Positions 33,753 to 43,869 of a DNA stretch of 64,000 bases are shown here, in pieces. This DNA comes from an uncultured Pseudobdellovibrionaceae bacterium (GTDB lineage: Bacteria > Bdellovibrionota > Bdellovibrionia > Bdellovibrionales > UBA1609), in contig CAWDNU010000001.1 of NCBI GenBank assembly GCA_963803705.1, positions 224,001 to 288,000 on the forward strand, read 5' to 3'. The number at the start of each line of letters is the position of its first letter. Position 1 is the stretch's first letter. A program made the translations under genes and the position numbers. The notes under the pieces were generated by a model. The model saw nothing but the letters and a program-made list of their open reading frames with translations, was not told the origin of the DNA and did not search any database.

Positions 33753-34673
33753 ATGAAAGGTGCAGCTATAGATTTAGGTTCAAATTCTTTCATCTGTTAT
33801 ATTTATGAATTTAATGATGACTGCTTCAAAACCTTGGAAGATAAAATAATTTTAACGCGCTTATCTGAAGGCGTCGAAGAGACAAAAAAAATTTCTAACA
33901 GCGCTTTGAAAAGAGCTGAACAAGCTTTTAAGGTGTTCAGTGGATTGTGCTTAAAGCATGGCGTAGGAAGTATTCAAGCTATAGCGACAAGCGCTGCAAG
34001 AGACGCCGAAAATAAGTCAGAGTTTATAGAATTAGCAAAAAAATTCAGTATACCTGTTCAGATCATTTCTGGTACAGAAGAAGCCAATCTCACTTTCTTG
34101 GGTGTCAAAAACTACTTCAAAGAAACCAAAGGTTACATTATTGATATTGGTGGCGGATCCACTGAATTTATCTATGCAGCTGAAAGTGATGTCGTTGATA
34201 GAGTCAGTCTAAATGTTGGAGTGGTTCGATTTACCGAAAGATATTTGAAGCACTCTGATTTTGTAACCCAAGAAAAATCAATTCGATTTGCTATCAGAAA
34301 GGAATTTCAAAATAATTCACAATTAGCTAAAATGAAAAACAAAGAGTCAAAAATTTTTCTAGCTGTTTCGGGAACTCCGACTAGTGCTTCGGCATTAAAA
34401 CTTAATGGATTTAAGTTCGAAAAAATAGAGAATACAGACCTATCAAGTCAAGATTTAATGCTGTTGCTTGAACTTTATGGCTCGCTAGACTTAGACCAAC
34501 GTCTAGAAAAATTCCCTTTTATCGAATCGAGAAGAGCTGACGTGCTGCCCACAGGTTTATTGATACTTGATGAAGCACTAAAATTTTTTGGTTTTAGCAG
34601 CTACAAAATTTCAACCCGAGGGATCAGACATGGTTTGGCATCTAATATGTGTAACTCTATTTCTATGCTTTAG
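33753..34673 (+). CDS. Ppx/GppA family phosphatase
   Basis: IDLGSNS, ATSAARDA.N, EEA, DIGGGSTE motifs. Confidence 0.92.
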   Translation: MKGAAIDLGSNSFICYIYEFNDDCFKTLEDKIILTRLSEGVEETKKISNSALKRAEQAFKVFSGLCLKHGVGSIQAIATSAARDAENKSEFIELAKKFSIPVQIISGTEEANLTFLGVKNYFKETKGYIIDIGGGSTEFIYAAESDVVDRVSLNVGVVRFTERYLKHSDFVTQEKSIRFAIRKEFQNNSQLAKMKNKESKIFLAVSGTPTSASALKLNGFKFEKIENTDLSSQDLMLLLELYGSLDLDQRLEKFPFIESRRADVLPTGLLILDEALKFFGFSSYKISTRGIRHGLASNMCNSISML

Positions 34674-35157
34674 TTTCAATTCTGAGGCAAAAGAATTTAG
34701 AAAATCTACTATCGAAATTTCCCGTCCACCAGTTTTAGCTAAACCCAGTAGCAGTTTAATCAAAAGCAGAAAAGGCACTTCCAGCAGCTCTGTTCAGTTA
34801 AAAGTAGAACTGGCTTTGACGCCCTCAGAACAAGAGCAAGGGTTAATGTACAGGAAGTCGATGGATTTAAATTATGGAATGTTATTTGTTTTTTCTAATG
34901 AAAGACCAAGGCGGTTCTGGATGAAGAATACTTTGATTCCACTATCTATAGCGTTCATAGATAAGAAATATACTATATTTCAAATTTCGAATATGAATCC
35001 GGTTAAAACCTTGGCGCAAACTTCTTACGATTCTGCCAACAGCGTTCGACCTGCTAAATACGTATTAGAAGTTCCCAAGGGTTGGTTTATAAAAAACTCT
35101 ATTGTTGAAGGCTCTAAACTTATTTGGAGTGAAGAAAAAACTTTTCAGAAAAATTAG
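34630..35157 (+). CDS. DUF192 family exported protein
   Basis: VELA.T..E..QGLMYR, GMLFVF, FWMKNTLIPLSIAF, YVLEV; signal peptide from the ATG at 34630. Confidence 0.9.
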   Translation: MVWHLICVTLFLCFSFNSEAKEFRKSTIEISRPPVLAKPSSSLIKSRKGTSSSSVQLKVELALTPSEQEQGLMYRKSMDLNYGMLFVFSNERPRRFWMKNTLIPLSIAFIDKKYTIFQISNMNPVKTLAQTSYDSANSVRPAKYVLEVPKGWFIKNSIVEGSKLIWSEEKTFQKN

Positions 35158-35236
35158 GGCCTGTGGAAGATTCATCTAGGTTTTAAATGCTTTGAATCAA
35201 AGCATTTAAAACCTAGATGAATCTTCCACAGGCCCT
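35156..35236. repeat. 81-bp perfect palindrome (40-bp arms, 1-nt centre); MITE/REPIN-like
   Basis: AGGGCCTGTGGAAGATTCATCTAGGTTTTAAATGCTTTGA-A-exact reverse complement. Confidence 0.95.
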
Positions 35237-35356
35237 GGTATTTTAAAAAACCAGCTTTCCTTGATCAAGGGCTGGATCCTAAAAAAATCTTTTATGTGCT
35301 AGAATTGTATGATGTACTAAAACGAGACGTATCTTCTAGATATAAGTGGAGCCATC

Positions 35357-37285
35357 ATGATTAGACATTTTAAAAACCATTTTTTCGTCCTGTTATTTTT
35401 TACCTTGGCAGCCTGTTCTTCGAATACGAATGTTGGACAAGATGATCTAAGTATCTCAGAGATTGAAGATATAGAAAAAACAGGTGAATTTAGTGAAGAA
35501 GATTTTTTTAAGGATGAAGAGATCCTAAAAGAAAGTGGAGTCGGTAAATTAGACATCGAGGGTTTAGACGATAGTAACTTAAAGTCTGACGATGATAATT
35601 TAGTTTCCGACTTAGATGTTCAAGATTTTGAGGGTCAGGGATTCGATAAGGAAGACGATTTTGAAACTGATTTAGATAGCTCCAACAATGTAGCAGAGTT
35701 CGATGAGTTCGATGAATTTGTGACAAATGAAAAAGTTGCTAAGAATGAAGACATAATTAAAAACGAAGCCCCACAAATTTCAGACATTGCTGACCAACCA
35801 ACAATGACCGAAGAAGATATTTTTTCAGAATTCGAAGAATCAACGGATGTGGCCGCAGGTAATGATCAAGTAGATACGCTTCTTGGTGATGATTCTTTCC
35901 AAATTAAAGAAGAGGCGGTAGTCGCAGATCAAACAGGTCAGCCAGAACTAAATTTTGAAGATGTATTTGATGAATCCCAAACGTCTACAGAAACTAAGAT
36001 TGCGGATTCAGATGTTATGGTTGATACATCGATAGACGATAGTTTGGGCGCAAGCGACTATCAAAATGATTTCGTCGACGTTGGCGGACCAATAGCAGAA
36101 GAAAGCTCAGATTACGACGAAGACTTTGGCCCAGGTCCAGCCCCATCTATTGGAGATGATGACATCCCAGCGCCTAGGTCTGATTACTTGCAAGCAGAAA
36201 ACCGGACTGAAACGCGAACTGCTAAAGAGCTTCTTGCTAATCAATATGAAAAACCTAGGCAAATAGTTAGACGAATAGTTAAAAAAGTTAAATCTTGGAT
36301 TCCTGTTAAAAAAATGAAAGATGACCCGTACTTGCAAAACGGAATCCTGTTAAATGCTTTATACATAGTCAGAGAAGGAGACACCTTCGACAAGATCGGT
36401 GAAAAAATATATGGCAAGGGAAGTTTCAATAACCTAGCAAAGGTAAATCCATTTTTAAGAAAAAAACTTAGAGTTGGAGAAAAAGTTTATTACAACTCAC
36501 CGAATAGGCCGAATGACGACAGCAGGATGTTATTTCACTACGATGACGTAGGACAAGTTCCGCAGTTTAGGCAAGTTGGTTACGGAGAAAATATTAGAAA
36601 GATCTCTATGGAGCTGCTTGGTCATCCTAGAAGTTGGATGGAAATTTGGGCGACTAACCCAGAGTTAGTTTCCAAAGGGGTCGTCGACAGAGATTATAAA
36701 ATAAAATATTTTTCGAAAAACAACGTCCAGTCAATGGTTCAGGAAACGCCGGCACTTGAAGTTGAAGTTCCCGACGAAACGCAAGATGAAACCTTCGGTG
36801 CTACAGACCCAGGTACAAATGAAAATCAAGACACCATTTCTAACGAACTACCTGATTTTGAAGAGCCAAATGTGGAAGATAGCTCAACCGGAGATGCCTT
36901 AGCCGGGACTGGCGAGCCTGATTTGGATGCAGGATTTGACGACCCAGTTCTATCACAGAACGAAGAACCTAATTTAGATGAGCCAAATTTTGATCAGGGT
37001 TTTGATCAGTCAGGTCGGGTCGCTGACAATGGTTTGTCCAATATACCCAACGAGCTTAATCAGCAGGTTCAAGAAACTGGCGGCCTTAAAAAGCTTTACT
37101 TTGGCATGGATCAAAAGATGATTGAAACAGTTGCGATGGGTCTAGGTGGATTGCTTCTAATAATTGTAATACTTTTGATAGCTAGGCGGCGAAGAATGTA
37201 CGCGCAAGCAACTCAAGTTCAAGAATTTGATTTTGCTGGTTCAACTCAAATTGACGAACAAACAAAAACTCATATAGATATTTAG
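35357..37285 (+). CDS. Acidic lipoprotein with LysM-like domains and a C-terminal TM helix
   Basis: Lipobox LAAC; D/E-rich tracts; YIVREGDTFDKIGEKIYG LysM; TM followed by RRRR. Confidence 0.75.
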   Translation: MIRHFKNHFFVLLFFTLAACSSNTNVGQDDLSISEIEDIEKTGEFSEEDFFKDEEILKESGVGKLDIEGLDDSNLKSDDDNLVSDLDVQDFEGQGFDKEDDFETDLDSSNNVAEFDEFDEFVTNEKVAKNEDIIKNEAPQISDIADQPTMTEEDIFSEFEESTDVAAGNDQVDTLLGDDSFQIKEEAVVADQTGQPELNFEDVFDESQTSTETKIADSDVMVDTSIDDSLGASDYQNDFVDVGGPIAEESSDYDEDFGPGPAPSIGDDDIPAPRSDYLQAENRTETRTAKELLANQYEKPRQIVRRIVKKVKSWIPVKKMKDDPYLQNGILLNALYIVREGDTFDKIGEKIYGKGSFNNLAKVNPFLRKKLRVGEKVYYNSPNRPNDDSRMLFHYDDVGQVPQFRQVGYGENIRKISMELLGHPRSWMEIWATNPELVSKGVVDRDYKIKYFSKNNVQSMVQETPALEVEVPDETQDETFGATDPGTNENQDTISNELPDFEEPNVEDSSTGDALAGTGEPDLDAGFDDPVLSQNEEPNLDEPNFDQGFDQSGRVADNGLSNIPNELNQQVQETGGLKKLYFGMDQKMIETVAMGLGGLLLIIVILLIARRRRMYAQATQVQEFDFAGSTQIDEQTKTHIDI

Positions 37286-37312
37286 TTATTTTTCTAATAC
37301 CAACAGCGACCT

Positions 37313-37687
37313 TTAAGAAACTTTTTTAAAAATATTATCTAAGACATCTTTTCTTTTCTCTCTTTTAGATTCTAAGAAATAGATAAGATCATCTACGATC
37401 TGAAGGTCTTTATTATTGAAAGGGGAAAATCTTAGTCCGCACCCTCTTTGATTTGTCCAAACGATTGACGCATTAAGAGCTCGCTCTCGGCCACTGACAT
37501 TAAGGGTTATCAATATTTTATCCCCAACTTCTACGTCAGGATGTGAGTTTTCCAAGAATGCTCCAGAAATACTTATATTCTTTAAAGTTCCTCCGAACGG
37601 ATCTCTACCATAGCTTTTACGAAACTCAACATCTAGCTCTACTGGAAATCTTGGAGCTGGTGTTCCTGAATTTGACTGAATTGACAT
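37313..37687 (-). CDS. PilZ-domain protein
   Basis: APRFP...NISISGA...GCGLRF; GAGG before the ATG at 37687; RxxxR motif incomplete. Confidence 0.85.
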   Translation of the reverse strand: MSIQSNSGTPAPRFPVELDVEFRKSYGRDPFGGTLKNISISGAFLENSHPDVEVGDKILITLNVSGRERALNASIVWTNQRGCGLRFSPFNNKDLQIVDDLIYFLESKREKRKDVLDNIFKKVS

Positions 37688-37707
37688 AGAAACCTCTCTT
37701 AGAGCAC

Positions 37708-37734
37708 TCTTCGGCACATCGGGGGTGCATTTTA
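37708..37734 (-). promoter_or_regulatory. Putative FliA (sigma28) promoter for the PilZ gene
   Basis: TAAAATGC-N11-GCCGAAGA, 20 nt upstream of the start. Confidence 0.6.
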
Positions 37735-37828
37735 GTTAAAATATGAAAAAATGACGAAATTATAGTAACTTACCTGCTTTAGTCCGGCTTAAATTTGAGT
37801 GAAGAGCACAACAGAATGGACGAAAGTA

Positions 37829-37856
37829 TTGACAAAAGATTAGAAATTGATAATTT
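37829..37856 (+). promoter_or_regulatory. Putative sigma70 promoter for rho
   Basis: Perfect TTGACA followed by an AT-rich TGATAATTT -10 region. Confidence 0.45.
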
Positions 37857-37970
37857 TAAGTTATCTTTAAAAGTTCACGATAAATTTTAAAGCTGATTTT
37901 ATCATTATAGAATTAACTTCAGAAATAATAAATCTAACTAAATAAATCTACCAATAATTCGAAGGATTTT

Positions 37971-39758
37971 ATGCCAACAAAACTTGTTGATGTTAAGAAA
38001 AAAACTAAGTCAAAAGCCAAAACTACAAAAAAAGAAGAATCTAAAAATACAGATTCTAAGCAGGCGGACGTAAGCAGTTCACCAAAGGTCGAAGCGAAAT
38101 CAACCGACGTGGTCAATGCCGATAAGGCCGTTTCGGTGCCAGAAAAAAAAGAAGATCGCAAAATAGAATCTAGTAGTGCCAGCTCTGACTCCGTCCAGAA
38201 AACCGAACAAAAAAAAACCGAGCCTAAAAAAGAAGAGGCAGTCAAGGACGAGGCCCCTGTCCAACAAAGGCATGAGCGTAGGCCTAACCACAAAAAATCA
38301 TTTTCAAACAATAACAGCAACAGACGTCAAAACTATTCAAACAACAACAACAGCAATAACAATAGAAATAATCATAATAACAGGAAACATAAAAGTAATA
38401 ACGATATGAATAGTGGATCTTCAAACTATTTTCCTGCTACTGAAATGGATTTAGTTAAGCTCGAGGATATTGACCTATCAGACATTGATTTGACAGAAGA
38501 TCAGAAAAAAGAATTAAGTTCAAAACACTTAAAACAGAAAAAAATTAACGATTTAACTGCTTTAGGAACCTTACTAAAGATTGAAAATGCTGCTGGCTTA
38601 AGACGTCAAGAGCTTGTTTTTGAAATATTAAGAAGAGCCGCTTTACTAGGTGATATTTACGGCGATGGTGTTTTAGAAATTTTACCTGATGGTTACGGCT
38701 TTTTAAGGTCGCCAGATTATAACTATTTACCAGGTCCTGATGACATATATGTTAGTCCTTCGCAGATCAGAAGATTTGGCCTAAGAACCGGTGATACTAT
38801 TACAGGCACAGTGCGTCCACCCAAAGAAGGGGAGCGTTATTTTGCACTTTTGAAGGTCGACGAGCTTAATTTAGAGCCCCCTGAAAAAGCAAAGAACAAA
38901 ATTCTTTTTGATAACCTAACGCCTTTATACCCTGATAAAAAGCTGAAGCTTGAACACAATCCAGGAGAATACACCACTAGAGTGATAGACCTTATGGCTC
39001 CTTTAGGTAAAGGCCAAAGAGCATTAATAACTGCACCTCCAAGAACTGGTAAGACTGTCATCTTGCAAAATATTGCAAACGCAATATCTGTTAATCACCC
39101 TGAAGTTAAATTGATTGTTCTGTTGATAGATGAAAGACCAGAAGAGGTCACTGATATGTCTAGAAGCGTGAATGGTGAAGTCGTAAGCTCAACTTTTGAT
39201 GAGCCACCAACTCGTCACGTACAGGTTGCTGAAATGGTTATAGAAAAAGCTAAGCGGCTGGTCGAGCATAAGCACGACGTCGTGATTTTGTTAGATTCGA
39301 TAACTAGGTTAGCCCGCGCTTACAACACGGTAGTGCCCCCATCTGGTAAAATATTATCCGGTGGTGTCGACTCTAATGCTCTACATCGCCCAAAAAGATT
39401 TTTTGGAGCAGCCAGAAATATTGAGCAAGGTGGAAGCTTAACGATTATTGCCACTGCACTGATCGACACTGGTTCACGGATGGACGAGGTTATCTTTGAA
39501 GAATTTAAAGGAACAGGAAATGCCGAAATTGTGTTAGATCGAAAATTGATGGAAAAGCGAATCTTTCCTTGCATGGACATTAATAAATCAGGGACTCGAA
39601 AAGAGGATCTTTTGACTGAGAAGACAGATTTAAACCGTCTTTGGATCTTAAGAAAAGTACTGTCTCCTATGAATCCGGTAGACAGCATGGAATTTATTTT
39701 AGGCAAACTAGAGTCTGCTAAAACAAATGACAGCTTTTTGTCTCAAATGAGTCAATGA
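37971..39758 (+). CDS. rho: Transcription termination factor Rho with a long low-complexity N-terminal extension
   Basis: [47 protein letters not shown]. Confidence 0.98.
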   Translation: MPTKLVDVKKKTKSKAKTTKKEESKNTDSKQADVSSSPKVEAKSTDVVNADKAVSVPEKKEDRKIESSSASSDSVQKTEQKKTEPKKEEAVKDEAPVQQRHERRPNHKKSFSNNNSNRRQNYSNNNNSNNNRNNHNNRKHKSNNDMNSGSSNYFPATEMDLVKLEDIDLSDIDLTEDQKKELSSKHLKQKKINDLTALGTLLKIENAAGLRRQELVFEILRRAALLGDIYGDGVLEILPDGYGFLRSPDYNYLPGPDDIYVSPSQIRRFGLRTGDTITGTVRPPKEGERYFALLKVDELNLEPPEKAKNKILFDNLTPLYPDKKLKLEHNPGEYTTRVIDLMAPLGKGQRALITAPPRTGKTVILQNIANAISVNHPEVKLIVLLIDERPEEVTDMSRSVNGEVVSSTFDEPPTRHVQVAEMVIEKAKRLVEHKHDVVILLDSITRLARAYNTVVPPSGKILSGGVDSNALHRPKRFFGAARNIEQGGSLTIIATALIDTGSRMDEVIFEEFKGTGNAEIVLDRKLMEKRIFPCMDINKSGTRKEDLLTEKTDLNRLWILRKVLSPMNPVDSMEFILGKLESAKTNDSFLSQMSQ

Positions 39759-39836
39759 TATACACCTAAAAGCTTGCTTTTTACATTTCAAAGGCCTATA
39801 AATTGGCCTTTGAAATCACTTGAGGAGTTTTTAGTT

Positions 39837-40088
39837 ATGAAAAAAGATATTCATCCGAATTTTAGAAAAGTGGTGTTTAAAGATATTTCAACTGACACAT
39901 CATTTTTAACTTATTCGACTGTTAATACTAAAGACACAATTAAGTGGGATGATGGAGAAGAGTATCCTCTATACAAAACTGAAATTTCTAGTGCTTCTCA
40001 TCCGTTTTACACTGGAACACAAAAGGTTCTAGATACTGAGGGGCGCATTGATCGTTTCAACAAAAGATACGCAAAATTTAAGAAATAG
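39837..40088 (+). CDS. rpmE: 50S ribosomal protein L31, type B (no Cys)
   Basis: [38 protein letters not shown]. Confidence 0.95.
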   Translation: MKKDIHPNFRKVVFKDISTDTSFLTYSTVNTKDTIKWDDGEEYPLYKTEISSASHPFYTGTQKVLDTEGRIDRFNKRYAKFKK

Positions 40089-40151
40089 TTTTACTCTAGC
40101 TTTCTGTGCTTAGCATAAGACTTTATCTTTCAAAAAAAACAGCTAAGATTT

Positions 40152-40185
40152 AAAAAATAGGACTACTTATAGTGGTCCTTTTTTT
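40152..40185 (+). terminator. Intrinsic terminator after rpmE
   Basis: AGGACTACT-TAT-AGTGGTCCT plus T-run. Confidence 0.75.
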
Positions 40186-40409
40186 ATTGTATAGCTTTCT
40201 GGGATAATATTAAAAAGTGCTGGGCACATCTTACAGTGTTCGCATTTAACAGTTTATCGGCTACGCGTATAGCCGTTGTTGATGCATCTTCTAAGTAGTA
40301 TAATAAATTTGCAGACTTGCGCATATACATGCTTTAGATTTGTAGCTGCATGAAGGCTATGCCGCTAAGGAAATTGGTAATTTAAAATAATTCTACAAAA
40401 CGGTATCCA

Positions 40410-41483
40410 ATGTTTGATAAATTAGAGCTTGTTTTACAAAGATTCGAAAAGGTCCAAAGAGATCTTCAGCGTCCCGATGTTGTATCCCAGCAGAAAGAAT
40501 ACCAAAAATTAATGAAAGAGTTTTCTGAGCTAGAAGATTTAGTTAAAGCTTATCGAAGATATAAACTAGTTGTAGATCAGTTGCATGAAAGTCGTGGACT
40601 CTTAAATGAAGAGGACGACGAAGAGATGCGGGATATGGCAAAGCAGGAAATTTCAAGTTTAGAGGTTGAACTAGACACCCTAGAAAAGGAGTTAAAGCTT
40701 TTTCTTTTGCCCAAAGATCCAAATGATAATCGCGATGTAATCTTGGAAATCAGATCAGGCGCTGGCGGCGATGAAGCTAGTTTATTTGCAGAAGAGCTAT
40801 TCGAAGCCTACAAGTACTATTCTCAAAAAAAATCTTGGTCTGTTGATCTGTTAACTTTTGTGGCCGGCAACGCTGGTGGCGCAAAGGAAATTATAGCAAA
40901 CATATCTGGTCATAAAGTTTATAGTCTTCTTAAGTATGAAAGTGGAGTGCACCGCGTACAACGTGTACCGAAGACAGAAACCCAGGGACGAGTTCATACT
41001 TCTACGGTAACAGTTGCTGTAATTGCAGAGGCTGACGAAGTGGATGTTCATGTCCATGCTAAAGATGTTAAGGTTGATGTTTACAGATCTAGCGGAGCTG
41101 GCGGACAGCACGTGAACACCACAGACTCTGCAGTGCGATTGACACACGTACCAACTGGAATAGTTGTCACCTGCCAGGATGGACGATCTCAAATAAAGAA
41201 TAAAGAAAAAGCATTTAAAGTTTTAGCTGCTAGATTAAAAGCTGCCGAAGAGGAAAAAGCTGTTAAAGATGCTTCGGATCAGCGTCTAAGTCAGATAGGT
41301 ACTGGTGACAGATCCGAAAGAATAAGAACATATAATTTCCCACAAACTAGGGTTACGGACCATAGAATTGGTTTAACCTTGCATCGCATTGGTGAAATTA
41401 TGGCCGGCGATGTTGACCTTGTTATTGAACCGCTAGTGACTCATTTTCAAGCCGAAGCACTAAAACAAGCACAAGAAAATTAA
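40410..41483 (+). CDS. prfA: Peptide chain release factor 1
   Basis: PKT anticodon-mimic motif; GAGGQHVN; RIRTYNFPQ. Confidence 0.97.
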   Translation: MFDKLELVLQRFEKVQRDLQRPDVVSQQKEYQKLMKEFSELEDLVKAYRRYKLVVDQLHESRGLLNEEDDEEMRDMAKQEISSLEVELDTLEKELKLFLLPKDPNDNRDVILEIRSGAGGDEASLFAEELFEAYKYYSQKKSWSVDLLTFVAGNAGGAKEIIANISGHKVYSLLKYESGVHRVQRVPKTETQGRVHTSTVTVAVIAEADEVDVHVHAKDVKVDVYRSSGAGGQHVNTTDSAVRLTHVPTGIVVTCQDGRSQIKNKEKAFKVLAARLKAAEEEKAVKDASDQRLSQIGTGDRSERIRTYNFPQTRVTDHRIGLTLHRIGEIMAGDVDLVIEPLVTHFQAEALKQAQEN

Positions 41484-42313
41484 TGACTTTAAAGTCTTTT
41501 TTTAGCACCCAAATAATTAAGATTAATTCTGACTTGAAACAAGATTTGGTGCACCTCATTCTTGAAACGCTTTCGGTAGATAGAGCTGATCTTTATTCAG
41601 AAACCTATTTGTTAGAAAATCAACAAATTTTGCAGTTAACGAAATCTATTGAGGCTTTGCAAAATGGAAAACCTTTGTCATATATCCTAAAATCACAAGA
41701 TTTCATGGGATTCAAGTTCATGGTAGATGAAAGAGTCCTAATCCCAAGATCAGAGACAGAATATTTAGTAGATATGGTTTTGGGACTGTGTAAAAATGAA
41801 GATCTAGTTTTATTCGATGCAGGCGCAGGTTCAGGTTGTATAGGAATTAGCTTTTTAATCCATAGAAAGAAGAGTTATTGTATTTTTATGGAAAAGTCTT
41901 TAGAGGCTATAGAGGTTTTAAAATCCAATTTAAGTTTAAACAGCATATCCTCTGATCGGTTTAAAATTGTTAAATCTTTTAATGAGTTTGAAAATCTGTT
42001 TTCAGGAGGTGAGAAGTTTCTAGATCTATTTATTTCAAATCCACCTTATATTCGTGTCCAAGATCCAAGATTGGATGAATCAGTAAAAAAATACGAACCT
42101 GAAATAGCACTCTTTGCAGAGGACAGTGGTCTTTATTTTCTAAAAAAGTGGTCTGAAAAATCTAAAATTTATTTGAAAGAAAATGGCTTCGCCATCTTTG
42201 AATTTGGACAGGGACAAGAAGAGGAGTTAAAAATTTTTTCAAATCATAAAAGTTTTGAATTTAGTATTATCAATGACCAGTATGGGTGTCCTCGGTTCTG
42301 GAAGCTCATCTAA
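41483..42313 (+). CDS. prmC: Release factor glutamine methyltransferase
   Basis: VLIPRSETE, DAGAGSGCI, SNPPY; follows prfA. Confidence 0.93.
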   Translation: MTLKSFFSTQIIKINSDLKQDLVHLILETLSVDRADLYSETYLLENQQILQLTKSIEALQNGKPLSYILKSQDFMGFKFMVDERVLIPRSETEYLVDMVLGLCKNEDLVLFDAGAGSGCIGISFLIHRKKSYCIFMEKSLEAIEVLKSNLSLNSISSDRFKIVKSFNEFENLFSGGEKFLDLFISNPPYIRVQDPRLDESVKKYEPEIALFAEDSGLYFLKKWSEKSKIYLKENGFAIFEFGQGQEEELKIFSNHKSFEFSIINDQYGCPRFWKLI

Positions 42314-42495
42314 GGTGCGGATGTGAAACTCGACGGAAGCTCACCGAAAGGTGCGGATGTGAAACTCGACGGAAGCTCACCGAAAGGTGCGGATGTGAAA
42401 CTCGACGGAAGCTCACCGAAAGGTGCGGATGTGAAACTCGACGGAAGCTCACCGAAAGGTGCGGATGTGAAACTCGACGGAAGCTCACCGAAAGG
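42300..42495 (+). repeat. 36-bp tandem array B (1 degenerate, 4 perfect, 1 partial)
   Basis: Unit GGAAGCTCACCGAAAGGTGCGGATGTGAAACTCGAC; first unit overlaps the prmC stop. Confidence 0.97.
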
Positions 42496-42530
42496 GTAGA
42501 ATAAAAACCAATATAAAAAGGGGTCTTGCA

Positions 42531-43796
42531 GTGGATAGGATTAAAGTAACAGGTAGAAATAAGTTGGTAGGTGATGTTTCAGCCAGCGGCTCCAAAAATG
42601 CAGCACTTCCAATATTGTTTTCAGTCTTGTTAGCAGAAGGAGAACATATTTTAAGTAATGTTCCTGATTTGGCAGATATACATTCGACTAATAATTTACT
42701 AAGGACATTGGGCTGTGAAATAAAAATTGATCAAGGCCAATGTACCATCAGAAGACCTGCGGCCATAGAAACCGAAGCGCCTTATGACTTAGTTCGAAAG
42801 ATGCGGGCAAGCATTCTTTGTTTAGGACCACTTGTGGCCAAAGAGGGATCGGCAAAGGTAAGTTTGCCCGGTGGATGCGCCATCGGTGCCAGGCCAATTA
42901 ATTTTCATCTTGAAGCCTTAAAGAAACTTGGGGCTAAGATTAAACTTGAAGAAGGATATGTTTACGCAGAATCAAAAAAACTGCGTGGCGACAGAGTGAT
43001 TTTTGACATACCGACGGTAGGTGGCACCGAAAACCTTTTGATGGCGGCTACTCTTGCAAGCGGTGAAACAGTTATTGAAAATGCTGCAAAAGAGCCTGAA
43101 ATTGTAGACTTAGCTAACTGTTTGACCGGCATGGGCGCTAGAATTGAAGGAGCAGGCGAAAGCGTAATTCATATACAAGGTGTAGACAATTTGAAGCCCG
43201 CTAACCATCAGGTCATAGCAGACCGCATAGAAGTAGGAACTTTACTGATAGTTGCTGGTCTGACGCTTGGTTCTGTGAAAGTCACTAATTGTAACCCTAA
43301 ACACTTAGAATCCTTTTTAGATAAACTTCAAGAAACGGGCATTAAAGTTACGAAGGGAAAAGATTGGATTATGGCAGATGCTACATCTTTAAGTTCGTTA
43401 CTGCCTGTTAATATAACAACTGCGCCTTATCCTGGTTTTCCAACAGATTTGCAGGCGCAGTTCATGACTTTAATGTGTATCGCAGATGGTACTAGCCAAA
43501 TTAAAGAGACTATATTTGAGAACAGATTTATGCACGTGCCAGAGTTAGTGCGAATGGGGGCAAAAATTACTGTCAACTCTAGGCTTGCAACAATTTCAGG
43601 TAAGGCTGACTCATTTCAAGCTGCTACTGTGATGGCGACAGACCTTAGGGCCAGTGCCTCTCTAATACTTGCGGGCCTAAACGCAGAAGGCGAGACTAGA
43701 GTTAAAAGAATATATCATCTGGACAGAGGATACGAAAACTTGGAATTGAAACTTAAGAGTATTGGTGCAAACGTCGTAAGAGAGAAAGACACCTAG
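42531..43796 (+). CDS. murA: UDP-N-acetylglucosamine 1-carboxyvinyltransferase
   Basis: GSKNAALP, LPGGCAIGARP (catalytic Cys), PGFPTDLQAQ, DLRA. Confidence 0.98.
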   Translation: MDRIKVTGRNKLVGDVSASGSKNAALPILFSVLLAEGEHILSNVPDLADIHSTNNLLRTLGCEIKIDQGQCTIRRPAAIETEAPYDLVRKMRASILCLGPLVAKEGSAKVSLPGGCAIGARPINFHLEALKKLGAKIKLEEGYVYAESKKLRGDRVIFDIPTVGGTENLLMAATLASGETVIENAAKEPEIVDLANCLTGMGARIEGAGESVIHIQGVDNLKPANHQVIADRIEVGTLLIVAGLTLGSVKVTNCNPKHLESFLDKLQETGIKVTKGKDWIMADATSLSSLLPVNITTAPYPGFPTDLQAQFMTLMCIADGTSQIKETIFENRFMHVPELVRMGAKITVNSRLATISGKADSFQAATVMATDLRASASLILAGLNAEGETRVKRIYHLDRGYENLELKLKSIGANVVREKDT

Positions 43797-43818
43797 ATGA
43801 ATCTTCCACAGGCCCTAA
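43791..43818. repeat. Solo copy of the 26-28 bp palindrome-arm element
   Basis: ACCTAGATGAATCTTCCACAGGCCCTAA is the exact reverse complement of 35154-35181. Confidence 0.93.
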
Positions 43819-43828
43819 ACAATTTTTT

Positions 43829-43869
43829 AAAAAAAATATGCCCCCGGCTTGAGGGGCAAGCCGGGGGCA
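43829..43869 (-). terminator. Strong intrinsic terminator for the 43906-44409 gene
   Basis: 13-bp stem TGCCCCCGGCTTG/CAAGCCGGGGGCA plus A8 on the plus strand. Confidence 0.85.

Noticed and set aside
42286..42504. Repetitive ORFs 42286-42504 and 42306-42488
   Set aside because: Same artefact of array B; no RBS; overlap prmC
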